A stretch of DNA of 64,000 bases from contig JAHRHZ010000087.1 in the NCBI GenBank assembly GCA_024137785.1, forward strand, positions 17,037,205 to 17,101,204, read 5' to 3'. The DNA is from Ginglymostoma cirratum. Lineage: Eukaryota. The translations under genes were made by a program, and so were the position numbers. Below, piece after piece: positions 62,246 through 64,000 of this stretch. Below the pieces are notes generated by a model. That model was given only the letters and a program-made list of their open reading frames with translations. It was not told the origin of the DNA and ran no database searches. The stretch's first letter is position 1. Each line of letters opens with the position of its first letter.

Positions 62246-64000
62246 TTATGTGTAATAGTCAGTAACGCTAGACTACAACAGTAAAATTCCCCCGATAACC
62301 TTTAGCTCACCTTTCTTTCAACTAGAGCACGTATCTGGAGTGCTGAGGTGCATTCCAGCCACATAAGAGAGCAAATGAGTCATTGAGATGAAGCAAAATG
62401 GTTTACCACCCTGGTAAAAGCCAGGTCATGGTTACCTATACAACAAAAATGGACCCAAGGGACACATGGGTAAAAGCATACATACAATACATTACAAAAG
62501 AAATCCAGCCCCTACACTGATCCAACCTCTTTGTTTTAATCACTGTTGGCAATATCTACATACTGAGTTGTAATTTAAGATATTTCACAGTATCTCGTAT
62601 TAATTGTTGAAGATTATTACAGATGTTTAGCACACAAGTACAAAATTAGCAATTCCAAAGTCACATTGTGTGCAAAGATTCACTGTGCCTCACTTTAATT
62701 ATGTGACTGAATTCAAATTGTGTGCACAAATAAAGAAATAATTCAAAATTAAAAGTCTAGACTTCTTTCAGTTGTCTTTTTTTCAGCCATATTATCTCAG
62801 AACTATTTGCATATGATGCAGATTTTTCCTCCTAAATCAAAATTAGAATCTTTATATATTTTATAATTTTAAAAGCTAACTTTCTTAAGTTGCTAAAATA
62901 GCAAACCAATGGGCACTTGTAAATTTCTTTTTTGTTTTCAAGGCTTAGCTTCAGCTTATCACTTAACTATAATTTCTACTGGGATCAGGGAACACATTTG
63001 TTAGGATAGGTTTGCAATAAAGTTTCACTATATTTTAGCAATTTACAACAATAAAAGCAAATTCAAGGCATTTAAAATACGAACTGGTATCTTAGTTGTC
63101 AACTGCAATTTGTTTTGTTCCGCATGTAATGGAATTTGGCAAGTAACATGGTAGTATAGTGTTGTAAACTGGAGTGCGATCCTCAGGCCTAGGAGCAGTA
63201 AAATTCCAAATACTATGTTTATTTCTTTTCTGCCATCACGAGTAAGCAGCAGTATTTATACTGAAATCCATTCATTCATACTGAAGACTATTTTTAGGCT
63301 TGGAGCCAGCTTACAGCTGACGTCACGGTGCACACTAGGAACACAATGTGCTGGCAGAGAAACAAAAATTCACTCTGGTAAAGAACAAGCAAAAGCATGC
63401 CCAGAAAAATTATACTCAGGGGCAGGGCTAGCTAAATAGTCATAAATCATTTCACCTGACTTTCATCATGACATCCTCTTCCTCCTTGGACTGCCTCCGG
63501 CTGTCAAATGTAACAAGTACAACATTTAAGGAGACATTTCATGGGAACCTAGAGCAGATGAATTTAGAGCCATGGTATGATCACTTAGTTAAACACAGTT
63601 AAACTAGCAGAATGACCAGGACAAAGCTGTACCAGTAAGTGAGGCAAATTTACAATCTGTGGAACTTTCCTTTCATTACTTGTATCTGCACTTAGAAAGC
63701 AGGAGATAATGATCAGTTTGAAGTTTGATATTAAACCCATCACCTTTGACAATGTAAGTTAACATTTCAGTAAAGAATCTTGTTAGAAGAAAGCCTCTGC
63801 TGGACATTCTGAAATATTTATATATTGCTGATTCTTTTCCAAAAGAAAATTTGTTAGCATTGAAAATGAAGGCTGTCACCATAAAACTGTCATAATCTTT
63901 CCAATAATAAAAGCTTTTACGTTTTTTTCATTGATAGTGTAATGTGGACTTAAGACACATGCAATGGCCAACGTTCTATTTACTACTCCCCACATTGTGA

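Overview
Eukaryotic, AT-rich, repeat-dense DNA with no host protein-coding gene that I can recognise. The repeat set (HE1-type V-SINEs, Deu-type SINEs, HER1/CR1 LINEs) points to a cartilaginous fish, most likely a shark; this is inference. Nearly all supplied ORFs are broken reading frames of mobile elements or their antisense shadows. The window holds Penelope-like elements (PLEs, RT + GIY-YIG), CR1 LINEs (one near full length at ~56.8-61.7 kb), RTE and Rex1/Babar fragments, two decayed Gmr1-like Gypsy elements, putative solo LTRs, several PIF/Harbinger remnants, a probable P-element/THAP9-like transposase relic, several SINE families and a 400-N assembly gap. The most striking signal is a dispersed set of 90-230 bp PLE-terminus elements carrying a minimal hammerhead ribozyme motif (CTGANGA-A-stemII-GAAACGTY). 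Several are inserted as head-to-head palindromes with 10-15 bp target-site duplications and a 3' tail on one arm only. Boundaries were read by eye and are approximate, especially for old elements.
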